A DNA stretch of 17,051 nt, from the NCBI GenBank assembly GCA_964609545.1, contig CAZSSX010000024.1, forward strand, positions 1 to 17,051. Direction: 5' to 3'. The stretch is from an uncultured Phycisphaeraceae bacterium (GTDB lineage: Bacteria; Planctomycetota; Phycisphaerae; Phycisphaerales; Phycisphaeraceae). Positions 7,083 to 15,329 of the stretch are shown here, in pieces. The notes under the pieces are model-generated. The model had not been told where the DNA came from, searched no databases, and saw nothing but the letters and a program-made list of their open reading frames with translations. Within the stretch, counting starts at the first letter, position 1, and each line of letters starts with the position of its first letter. The translations under genes were made by a program, and so were the position numbers.

Positions 7083-8828
7083 TTACTTAAAAGGCGTTTT
7101 AGCCGTAGGAATATCCACACGCTTACCCGTCGCCCGAACGATCGGCAACCCCGCATCAGCTGCATCAAGCCAACGGAATAATTCCCGGCGAAGCTTAATC
7201 GCCAGCTTCGGCTTCTTACTCGCAAGATTATGCTTCTCCCCAACATCCACAGAAACATGATAAAGCTCCGTCCGCGGATCATAACCCTTCTCATCACTCA
7301 CACCATCACCATAAAAATAAATCAATTTCCAATCACCCTTACGCATCGCGCTATAAGGCTCAATCCCCGCACCCACACCAACATCACGATACCATTGATG
7401 CGGATAATGCCAAAACAAAGGCTTCTTCCGTGTGAATGATTTTCGACGCAATAAAGAACCTAAATCTTGCCCATCTCTTTGAATTTTTAATAACGGATTT
7501 TTCACCCCAGCGATAGATAAAATCGTAGGAAAAATATCATCACCATGCACAGGCTCCGCACAAGTCGTCCCCGGAACAATCGACAAACGAGAATTAATCG
7601 GCTTCTGCTTTTTAAGTTGACCCGCCCACGCAACGATCATCGGAATCCGCGTACCCCCATCATAGCCGCTCCCCTTCCCGCTTAACGCAGGTGCATTATG
7701 ATAATCACGCTTGTATCGCACACGAATCCCACTATTAAGTAATGCCTTGCCCGCGTTACTCCGAGCATGATTAGAAAGCCCGCCGTTGTCTGATACAAAA
7801 AGAATAATCGTATTTTCAGCGATACTATCCGCAGTATTACCATCCCCGTTAGGATCCCTCAACGTACTTAAAATCGCACCCAAGGAAGCATCCATCCCCG
7901 TAAGCATCGAGCCATAATCACTCTCCACTTTAGGCCTGCCATCACGATAAAATTTGAGATATTTCTCAGGCCCAGCAGCGATTTGCGTATGCACCGCAAA
8001 CTGCGCCATATTCATAAAAAAAGGAACACCTTCCGCCGCAGCATCTCGAATCACACCCCGAGCTTTAATCGTAATCGCATCAGTCAAATACTCGCCCTCA
8101 GGACGATCCTCCAACCCAGGATACATCTTCGCATATTTACCAAGCCAAGGAGAATACCAACCGCCCCAAGGCCCGCCCCCATGACTCCCCGCAATATTAA
8201 TATCAAATCCCAAATTCGTAGGGTCAGCCCCTAAAGCTTGACCAAAGTGAGCCTTACCAATATGAATCGTCCGATACCCAGCACCTCGAAGCAACGTAGG
8301 TAACGTCACAAAACCGTCACCAGGCTGCAAACCCACAGATCGCCATTCAGGCGAAAACAAATACCTATTCTTACTCCGACCATGACCAATCCAATCACTC
8401 ACACCAGAACGAGCAGGATTCTGACCCGTCATAAAACTCATCCGCGTCGGTGAACAAACCGGATGCGATGCATAAGCATTGGTAAACTTCATCCCACGGC
8501 TAGCCAACGTTTCCATATGAGGCGTATGGTAAATATTATTCCATACCGTCCGCTTCTTACCAAAACTAACCGAAGTATCCTGCCAACCCATATCATCAAC
8601 AACAAATAAAATAATATTAGGCTTCACCCCTCGAGCAATCACACCCTTACCCCCAGATCGATTCGTCACTTCCATTGGCCTAGCACTGACACCCGAATCT
8701 CCCCCAGCCAATCCATCCCTTCCCTCTGATATATCTGACACTTCAACAGTCGCACAAGCCCCAATAACAAAACAAATAAAGCCTAAACAAAAGGTCTCAA
8801 ATACAGAAAATAATCTACCAATAATCAT
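7083..8828 (-). CDS. Secreted sulfatase (arylsulfatase/choline-sulfatase family; formylglycine-dependent)
   Basis: N-terminal signal peptide (MIIGRLFSVFETFCLGFICFVIGACA). NIILFVVDDMGWQD metal-binding start, sulfatase signature VCSPTRMSFMTGQNPARSGV (C-x-P-x-R) and a GKAHFG-like downstream motif; 581 aa. Confidence 0.85.
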   Translation of the reverse strand: MIIGRLFSVFETFCLGFICFVIGACATVEVSDISEGRDGLAGGDSGVSARPMEVTNRSGGKGVIARGVKPNIILFVVDDMGWQDTSVSFGKKRTVWNNIYHTPHMETLASRGMKFTNAYASHPVCSPTRMSFMTGQNPARSGVSDWIGHGRSKNRYLFSPEWRSVGLQPGDGFVTLPTLLRGAGYRTIHIGKAHFGQALGADPTNLGFDINIAGSHGGGPWGGWYSPWLGKYAKMYPGLEDRPEGEYLTDAITIKARGVIRDAAAEGVPFFMNMAQFAVHTQIAAGPEKYLKFYRDGRPKVESDYGSMLTGMDASLGAILSTLRDPNGDGNTADSIAENTIILFVSDNGGLSNHARSNAGKALLNSGIRVRYKRDYHNAPALSGKGSGYDGGTRIPMIVAWAGQLKKQKPINSRLSIVPGTTCAEPVHGDDIFPTILSIAGVKNPLLKIQRDGQDLGSLLRRKSFTRKKPLFWHYPHQWYRDVGVGAGIEPYSAMRKGDWKLIYFYGDGVSDEKGYDPRTELYHVSVDVGEKHNLASKKPKLAIKLRRELFRWLDAADAGLPIVRATGKRVDIPTAKTPFK

Positions 8829-8869
8829 GGGAATCGCCTTATCAATGAATAAAAAAACAACGAAACCCC

Positions 8870-8898
8870 ATTATATCCAAAACACAAAGCCAAGCCAA
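8870..8898 (-). promoter_or_regulatory. Candidate sigma70-type promoter for sulfatase gene
   Basis: On the minus strand: TTGGCT-N17-TATAAT (perfect -10), about 35 nt upstream of the ATG at 8828. Confidence 0.3.
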
Positions 8899-9092
8899 CA
8901 TCAACGATTTAAAATGCCTCATCAAAATAACTTATACTGCTGGACCTCTAATAAAAAATGCCTCGCATATAGAGAGAAAGATGCCCCCCCGAAAATGCGT
9001 CGCCATTGATCAACCAAATGTAAAACAAAATCCGCTTGCTTAACATCCTCCGATGAGATGATGAAGTACGCCTATATTTATTTAAATGCATT

Positions 9093-9191
9093 TGAGCCCT
9101 TCTATCAACCTCAAATTTCTTTTGAAAATGTACGATTCAAGATTTGCAATGAGGGTTGTTTTTGAAATTATGAGGTTGATAGAAAGGCTCA
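9093..9191. repeat. Long imperfect inverted repeat (about 27-bp arms, about 45-nt spacer) in the intergenic region
   Basis: Left arm TGAGCCCTTCTATCAACCTCAAATTTC (9093-9119). Right arm GAAATTATGAGGTTGATAGAAAGGCTCA (9164-9191). 26 of 27 positions pair, with a single-nt bulge. The spacer holds two TTTTGAAA(A/T)T copies. Located 200 bp 3' of the 660-aa gene's stop, on the transcribed strand. Confidence 0.6.
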
Positions 9192-9392
9192 TTTAAGACT
9201 AACCCGCAAGCGCCAGCACACATCGGCCGCTACTTCCAATGCAACAATCAAACAACCCCATGCAACGCCCGATGGACACACGCCACATAGAACAGCCCAT
9301 CATAAAATCACCAACCCCAACCCAGCGGCATCAACAATTAACCAATCCACCTTAAACAGCTACCCTCATCTCAAAGACCACTACGCTTCATA

Positions 9393-11375
9393 TCAATCAA
9401 AGCTAGGTGGCGCAATATAGCCTCCACCACTACCAGATAATGCCCGGCGTGGCCTACCAGATGACCGATACCCACCCCTTGAACGACCCTTTTTTTCTTC
9501 CGTCAAACGATTATAAAGAACATAGTATTCCGGATCACTCGTCGATGGACGACTCTTAACACGAATCACACCCCCCATCGCATCCGAGGTATACACAAGC
9601 CCCAGCCCTTGCTCCGTGAGTGCCGTATCAATCGCAACCGCACCGACATTAAAATCAACGATAATCTTTTTGTTCGGCGTGACAGTGCCTCGACTCGGAT
9701 TAGCAACATACATTTTCACAGCCTTAGGCTCACCGATCGTTTCACCAGGATAAACTCGGAAATTTTCACGATAATATTTCCCGTGATGCATACGAATAAC
9801 TTCCACCGCAGCTGAAGAATCTTTAGATGCTTGCTTCACAAAAAAGGTCCGAATCGGATAAACATACACAGCTGCAGACCACGCAGAAGGATCCGTTAAT
9901 AAATAAAGCTTATCCCCGATTTCTGCTTTCTGCTCGGGGTTCACTTTCTCACGATGATAAAGAGGATTTAACAACGCAATCCGAATCCGATACCGGTAAT
10001 AATGACCAGGATCCATACTCATATCATGAGCCAAAATCTCAATCGTTTGCTCTGCTTGTCTCCGCTTTTCCTCCTCTGTCAAGTCCTCCCCGATCGGGTC
10101 CTCTACCTGAACATCTCCCCCATTACTAGCATCAGCCTCGTGATCAATCGCTTCCCGATCAGATTCCAATCTACTGACTTTATCTTCCAATACCGTCATC
10201 TTTTCAATCAACCGCTCAAGCTTGGTTTTTCGTTTCCGAGCATTTCTAGAAGGCCTATTACTGTCAGGCAAAATACTCCCGCCAAGACCTTTATCTGTTT
10301 TCCGCTTAGACAGCGAACGAGGTTTACGCCCAGACTTCAACTCTCTATCTCTACGCGCCTGCTCTCGTTTTTCCTCACGATCAATGCTCTTCTGAAGCTT
10401 GGCTTTTTCTTTTAAAACACTCTCAAGTAATTTAGCATTTTTGGTTAACCGCTTGCGTTGCTCTAAAGTATAAACACGGCTATCAACTTCCAACGGATTC
10501 ACAAACGGCCTAGAACGATTGCTCAACGGCGGAAGTTCCACATACGCATTCTCTTTTTCATTCTGGATCGCCATATTAACTACAAAATCAGACTGCTGAG
10601 GTGTCAAATCCCCCAAATCACTAAACATCATCTCCTGATTAGGCAAATGCTCAACCACTTCCGTCGATCCCCATTGACCCGTTGCCGGATCTTTTTTCTG
10701 ACGCTCAAGCACCCAACCCGTCACCACTTCTCGCTTATATAAAACTGGAAATTTCACCCGAGAGTAAGCTTGACGCATCTTGTATTTTTGATATTTCGCC
10801 GTAAAATGCAATACAGAAAGATGCCTCATCCTCTCATCCGGATCCTGCTTACGCATCAGCGCAGTATACTCCTCAGATAATTCCGTAGCCTTATTTAAAT
10901 TAGCGTTACTACGCGGATCCAAAGTCAACACCCGCTTAGCCAGCCATGCCGAAAATTCTCGCTGAGATTTAAAATCATAATAATCAGCAGAACACTTAAT
11001 CTGCGTAGCCACAGGAAAAAGGGGCATCTTAATATAGCTAATCGAGTCATTAATCTGGTGAGATTCAACACGAGGCCCCACCGCAGGAGCCAACAAAGAT
11101 GCCATCTTTTGCCCTAAACGCGTATCAAGCTTAGCCTCAAATTCCTTAGCATCCTCAAAATAACGATCCTTCCTCACACCACTAGGCAAATTATCAGCCA
11201 AAGCTTCAATCTTAATCTGCCCAGCATCCTTAATCAGCTTCTCCGTACGCTCCTGAATACTTTTTTTACTCGGAGCAAACATCAAATAAGCCGCAAAAAG
11301 AGATACGATCAGCGCCACCAATAATGCGATCTTATCACTATATTTTTCTGCAAAAGTCGCGTCTTTGTACATCAT
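9393..11375 (-). CDS. Large hypothetical bitopic membrane protein (660 aa) with Arg/Lys/Glu-rich coiled-coil region and Gly/Arg-rich C-terminal tail; third gene of the PilMN-fusion cluster
   Basis: Short cytoplasmic N-terminus followed by one TM (IALLVALIVSLFAAYLMF). About 120-aa highly charged segment (…LKEKAKLQKSIDREEKREQARRDRELKSGRKPRSLSKRKTDKG…KRKTKLERLIEKMTVLEDKVSRLESDREAIDHE…). C-terminus …KKGRSRGGYRSSGRPRRALSGSGGGYIAPPSFD. AAGAGG RBS; 98-bp gap to the upstream gene. No recognisable secretin/PilP signature by eye. Confidence 0.7.
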   Translation of the reverse strand: MMYKDATFAEKYSDKIALLVALIVSLFAAYLMFAPSKKSIQERTEKLIKDAGQIKIEALADNLPSGVRKDRYFEDAKEFEAKLDTRLGQKMASLLAPAVGPRVESHQINDSISYIKMPLFPVATQIKCSADYYDFKSQREFSAWLAKRVLTLDPRSNANLNKATELSEEYTALMRKQDPDERMRHLSVLHFTAKYQKYKMRQAYSRVKFPVLYKREVVTGWVLERQKKDPATGQWGSTEVVEHLPNQEMMFSDLGDLTPQQSDFVVNMAIQNEKENAYVELPPLSNRSRPFVNPLEVDSRVYTLEQRKRLTKNAKLLESVLKEKAKLQKSIDREEKREQARRDRELKSGRKPRSLSKRKTDKGLGGSILPDSNRPSRNARKRKTKLERLIEKMTVLEDKVSRLESDREAIDHEADASNGGDVQVEDPIGEDLTEEEKRRQAEQTIEILAHDMSMDPGHYYRYRIRIALLNPLYHREKVNPEQKAEIGDKLYLLTDPSAWSAAVYVYPIRTFFVKQASKDSSAAVEVIRMHHGKYYRENFRVYPGETIGEPKAVKMYVANPSRGTVTPNKKIIVDFNVGAVAIDTALTEQGLGLVYTSDAMGGVIRVKSRPSTSDPEYYVLYNRLTEEKKGRSRGGYRSSGRPRRALSGSGGGYIAPPSFD

Positions 11376-11473
11376 CGTTTAAGCCTCTTGTGTTAATTTT
11401 ATCAATTAAGCAATGAACCCAATTCTTGATCCATCATTTTACCAGAATCACCCCGACACTTGCCCCGCTACTA

Positions 11474-13090
11474 CTAATTATTCTTTTCTACGCCATTCAG
11501 TTCTGCGTTATATTTATCCAAAACCACCTTAGGCATATATTGATCAACCCATTCATTAAGCCACAAACTTTCAATCACCACCGTCAACTCCACCAAAGGC
11601 TTACTACCATAAACATAACCCTCAACCAATTGCTCATACAAATCCACATGCCCCATATGCATCGCGATAACCGTATTAAAATTCACCTTCGCTAATTTAT
11701 CAATAAACACAGGCACTTGCCTAGCCTCTATCACAATCGTACAAATCGTATGCTTAACCCGATAAGTCTTATTGGATTTGCGACCCGTATGAGCCAAGTG
11801 ATAATCAAGAGCCCCCTTGACATCACTGCCCACAACAGTATCGCTACGTTTATTGCGACCCCGATTAATTAACCCCGAATCATTAAAACTCGAAGAAACA
11901 TCGAAATTCCGAGGCTGCTGAAAAGTGCCACCCAACCCACCTTGCCCCGCCAAAGAACCCCCGCCAAAACCCGTAAGCGAGGGATTGCGAGGCACCCAAA
12001 GTTGAACATCACTCATTTGATCTTTCACGTTTTTTACAAGCGTAATTTCACTACCCAAACCTGTGTTATTACCAAGCCCCACATAACCCCTACCAATCCG
12101 AACCTGAACCAATTTCTTAATCGGATTCTCCCGCACAGTACTCGATGCGCTGGCCGTGACAGCTTCATTAGTCAGCCGAATCGCACGAATAATATCCTCG
12201 ATAATCCAAAGCTGTTCCTGCCACTGCCAAATCCGATCCATCCCTATTTTCTCACCACTCTTACTCTGCAGATCAAATTCAAAAGGGTAAGGCGTATTCT
12301 GAGTATTACGATCATCCACTTCAGTATTTAAAGACTGAGCCGCAATAGCACTTCGCGATCGAGTCAAGGCCTCGGGTAATTTCGTATTCGCATAAATATA
12401 AAGCGCCTCAGCACGCTTCACCAACGCAGTATGCCAAACTTTTCGCTGAGCCTCCCGACATTCTTTCTCGTCTACTTCATTCAAAGGCGAATTATCAATC
12501 TCACCATCCGTCAATTCACGCTGCTTATTACTAATAAACTCCGTCCGAGCATCGGACAGTTCCTTATAAATACGATCAACCGAAGGCGGTAATCCCCCAC
12601 GCAAATCCACCTCTAAAAATCGCTTCATCGACGCAATATAAGAAAAACGAGCCGAACGCGCCGTCGTCTCTTTATCACTACGAAACCGCTCCTTCTGATC
12701 CGCACTCATCCTGCTTTCCAAATCAATCTTATCAAATAAACCAGAAAGCATCGGCTTATGATCACCACGATTAAAACGAATCACATTCTTAGAAATTCGC
12801 CCAGAACCAGCGATACGCTCCGCTTTCCACGCTTTCCCAGCCAAAACTAAATGCTGATTCACCACAACCGAAACCGCCTCAGGAGACTCACCAGCAGCCA
12901 AAGGAGGCAGCATCACCTCACCCCGAAGACGCCTCACAATATGACGCGGCTTATCCAGTTGTTTCGCCAAGGCCTCGCGCTCCGTCCGAGCATCTAACGC
13001 CATATATAATGATGCCCCAAATAACAACACAATCACCGAGGAACTAATCGCCAAAGGGTTACCTTTAATAATCACAGAAAACTTATTCAT
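11474..13090 (-). CDS. Large hypothetical bitopic membrane protein (538 aa) with PilO/GspM-like topology, translationally coupled to the PilM-PilN fusion gene
   Basis: Its start ATG overlaps the upstream stop (ATGAATAA, 8-nt overlap at 13083-13090). N-terminal TM PLAISSSVIVLLFGASLYMAL followed by a charged helix (DARTEREALAKQLDK…), then a roughly 480-aa presumably periplasmic region including a Gly-rich stretch (SLTGFGGGSLAGQGGLGGT). Far larger than the ~200 aa of canonical PilO. Confidence 0.7.
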   Translation of the reverse strand: MNKFSVIIKGNPLAISSSVIVLLFGASLYMALDARTEREALAKQLDKPRHIVRRLRGEVMLPPLAAGESPEAVSVVVNQHLVLAGKAWKAERIAGSGRISKNVIRFNRGDHKPMLSGLFDKIDLESRMSADQKERFRSDKETTARSARFSYIASMKRFLEVDLRGGLPPSVDRIYKELSDARTEFISNKQRELTDGEIDNSPLNEVDEKECREAQRKVWHTALVKRAEALYIYANTKLPEALTRSRSAIAAQSLNTEVDDRNTQNTPYPFEFDLQSKSGEKIGMDRIWQWQEQLWIIEDIIRAIRLTNEAVTASASSTVRENPIKKLVQVRIGRGYVGLGNNTGLGSEITLVKNVKDQMSDVQLWVPRNPSLTGFGGGSLAGQGGLGGTFQQPRNFDVSSSFNDSGLINRGRNKRSDTVVGSDVKGALDYHLAHTGRKSNKTYRVKHTICTIVIEARQVPVFIDKLAKVNFNTVIAMHMGHVDLYEQLVEGYVYGSKPLVELTVVIESLWLNEWVDQYMPKVVLDKYNAELNGVEKNN

Positions 13091-15158
13091 AAACGACTCT
13101 CCTTCTCGACCGGCTCATTGCTGCCCCACCGGGCTCTTCATTTTTATCTGTCTCTGGCGCCCGAGGATCTTTCAAAACAATATAGCATTCAAAAACAATA
13201 AGCTTGTAATTACCATCTGTCTTCTCATGAAAAATCAAAGGATCTGAAACAATCAACTCCTCCAGCCTCACACCCGCCCCTTGCCCGCTTGAAGTACGCC
13301 GCCTATAAGATCGCCTCACACCCCCAGGAAGCAATCCGCCCCCAGGCAAAATACCCACGCCAGGCTGAACAAAACCCCCATTCACAGGGTTAATCTTTTT
13401 CCCATCAAGATCTAAAAATACCTTAGGAATCACTTTCAACAAAGGCAAATCAGAACCAACAATCGTATAAGGACGCCGATTGTTCTTAATCACAGATTTC
13501 AAGGGATCCATAAAATGCGTATAAAACCACTGAGATGTACTGTCCCCGGTTTCTAAACCATAAGGCGTCTTAAATTTCAAAGAAACGAAAAAACGCGGCT
13601 TACCCCCCGATTTATCAAAATCACCCGCAGACTTCGCATCTTTCCCACCATCAGCCCCACTCGGTTCAAAAGTACCCGGCAAATACTCAATCGTGGAATT
13701 AAGTAAAGTGATACTTTTTCGCTGAGCAGGCGGAATCTTTAAAATCTCATCCAAATTCCCCTCCTCAAACGCTACCTGAGTGCCTAAGTGCTTAAGCGCC
13801 GTATCCAAATCCGCTAAGAATAAAGGCAGCACCTCACGCCCCCCCAACATACTACGATAAATATCGATTTTGCCCGTCTCACCCGTCCCAATCCCATAAG
13901 CCTCATACAGCCCATGATATTTAGAAGCCTGATTGGTGTCTTTATCGACAACTTTAATCGCTTTGGCAACGTAGGCCTGATCTTGCGACAAGCCTTTCTT
14001 CTGAAAGAAAAAACCAAAAACACCCACCACCAACATCAAGCTCGCTGCAGCCAAAAAGATAGGCCCCTTGGCTTTCCAAATCCGTGACTTAATAACCGCT
14101 TTAGGCAAAATATTAGCATTGATGTATCCCAAGCCCAACCCTTGAAGCGCTAACCCGTAAGCCGTCGCCATATTGATCGCCACACCCGCGAATTCAGACT
14201 CTTGACGCCCTTCTAAGCTCGCCCGCTCATATTCCATAGGCTTAATAATTTCCATCTCAAGCTGTTTTTGCAAAAATTTACGCAAACCAGGCAACTTAAA
14301 AGTAGAACCCACGCAAATAATACGTTGCAAATCCGCATCACGATTCTGACTCTGATAAAAACCTATTGTACGCTGCAAATTTTGAACCAAATCAGAAAAC
14401 ACAGGACGCATCGCTTGAAAAATCTGCCGAGCGTATTTACTAGAACCCGCTTCTCGCTTATGCACCTCAGCTTTGGGAAAACTCAAATTAAATTGATCCA
14501 CCAACGCATCCGTAAAATGATTGCCCCCTAACGAAAGTGTCCGCAACCAAACCCCACCCTGATCCGCGATAATCACATCCGTTGAACTCGTCCCAATATC
14601 GACAAACACAGTACCCGGGGAATCCGCATCCAATTTTTGATCATACGTAAATGCGTTATAAACACTCAAAGGAGAAAGCGTAACACCCTCAACACGGATC
14701 CCAACATCCTGAAGATTTCGCAAAAAACCTTCCACACGAGCCCGAGTTATCGCAAAAATACCCACCTCAATATCAGGCATATCATCTTGCGAAAATACTT
14801 GATAATCCCATTCAACCTCTTCTAAAGGAAACGGAATCTGCTGCTTAGCTTCATACTGAACCATCCCCCGAATCTGCTTCTTATTCACAGGCGGTAATTT
14901 GGCAAACTTGGCGATAGCCATATTCCCAGCCACCGAAACAAAGACAGGCGCATCCGTCAGATCATGCTTGGCAAGCAGCTTTTCTAGCCCAAGCTGAATC
15001 TCTTCATCAACATCCAAGTCAGGCGTGGTCAGCACACGCTTAAACTCGACCACCTCGTGGGCGATCACCGTTACACCATCATCATCGCGTGCCAACTTCA
15101 TCGCTTTAATGGCATTAGCGCCGATATCTAGGCCCCATGCTTCGCTCATTTTCGCCAT
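13083..15158 (-). CDS. PilM-type actin-like ATPase domain fused to PilN-like TM anchor and extended periplasmic domain (GspL-like architecture, 691 aa)
   Basis: N-terminal ~345 aa carry PilM family motifs: WGLDIGANAIKAMKL, VFVSVAGNMA, KKQIRGMVQYEAKQQIPFPLEEVEWDYQV, VFVDIGTSSTDVII, LGGNHFTDALVDQFNLSFPKAEVHKRE, ICVGSTFKLPGLRKFLQKQL. This is followed by INANILPK, which resembles the conserved INLLP PilM-binding N-terminus of PilN. Then one TM (GPIFLAAASLMLVVGVFGFFF) and an approximately 306-aa C-terminal region with Gly/Pro-rich and Arg-rich stretches. GGAG RBS 8 nt upstream. Confidence 0.8.
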   Translation of the reverse strand: MAKMSEAWGLDIGANAIKAMKLARDDDGVTVIAHEVVEFKRVLTTPDLDVDEEIQLGLEKLLAKHDLTDAPVFVSVAGNMAIAKFAKLPPVNKKQIRGMVQYEAKQQIPFPLEEVEWDYQVFSQDDMPDIEVGIFAITRARVEGFLRNLQDVGIRVEGVTLSPLSVYNAFTYDQKLDADSPGTVFVDIGTSSTDVIIADQGGVWLRTLSLGGNHFTDALVDQFNLSFPKAEVHKREAGSSKYARQIFQAMRPVFSDLVQNLQRTIGFYQSQNRDADLQRIICVGSTFKLPGLRKFLQKQLEMEIIKPMEYERASLEGRQESEFAGVAINMATAYGLALQGLGLGYINANILPKAVIKSRIWKAKGPIFLAAASLMLVVGVFGFFFQKKGLSQDQAYVAKAIKVVDKDTNQASKYHGLYEAYGIGTGETGKIDIYRSMLGGREVLPLFLADLDTALKHLGTQVAFEEGNLDEILKIPPAQRKSITLLNSTIEYLPGTFEPSGADGGKDAKSAGDFDKSGGKPRFFVSLKFKTPYGLETGDSTSQWFYTHFMDPLKSVIKNNRRPYTIVGSDLPLLKVIPKVFLDLDGKKINPVNGGFVQPGVGILPGGGLLPGGVRRSYRRRTSSGQGAGVRLEELIVSDPLIFHEKTDGNYKLIVFECYIVLKDPRAPETDKNEEPGGAAMSRSRRRVVYE

Positions 15159-15189
15159 TGATTACTCCTACAAATATCGTCTTATTACA

Positions 15190-15218
15190 AATATAAATGC
15201 ACTATCTTAAAGATTCAA
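15190..15218 (-). promoter_or_regulatory. Candidate sigma70-type promoter for the PilMN-fusion operon
   Basis: On the minus strand: TTGAAT-N17-TATATT, about 30 nt upstream of the ATG at 15158. Sequence inspection only. Confidence 0.3.
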
Positions 15219-15303
15219 TCGATCCTGCTGATCTCATCATCCATTTTTCTTTTGAAGTCATAGCATAACATAACACGCCCCAACATGCACCACCCACAAA
15301 CAT

Positions 15304-15329
15304 CATCCCCAAACACCATCCCCAAACAC
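15304..15329. repeat. Perfect 13-bp tandem direct repeat (CATCCCCAAACAC x2, preceded by partial CAT) in a C/A-rich leader region
   Basis: catCATCCCCAAACAC-CATCCCCAAACAC. Lies about 90-115 bp upstream (in the transcription direction) of the candidate -35 of the PilMN-fusion operon. Confidence 0.6.

Noticed and set aside
7230-8234. Three + strand ORFs (69-83 aa) inside the sulfatase gene
   Set aside because: Antisense to the sulfatase CDS, which carries the conserved CxPxR signature. Short, no RBS.
8827-9009. 60-aa + strand ORF in the sulfatase upstream region
   Set aside because: Lies across the candidate sulfatase promoter. Low-complexity K/N/Q-rich, no RBS, A-rich DNA.
9609-15210. Nine further ORF-track entries within the cluster: eight + strand (9609-9815, 9827-10129, 10002-10415, 11426-11695, 11942-12331, 14268-14531, 14637-14825, 15025-15210) and one minus strand (13814-14023)
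   Set aside because: All are antisense or out-of-frame within the three large, RBS-supported and translationally coupled minus-strand genes. Translations are low-complexity (R/H/T/P/I-rich).
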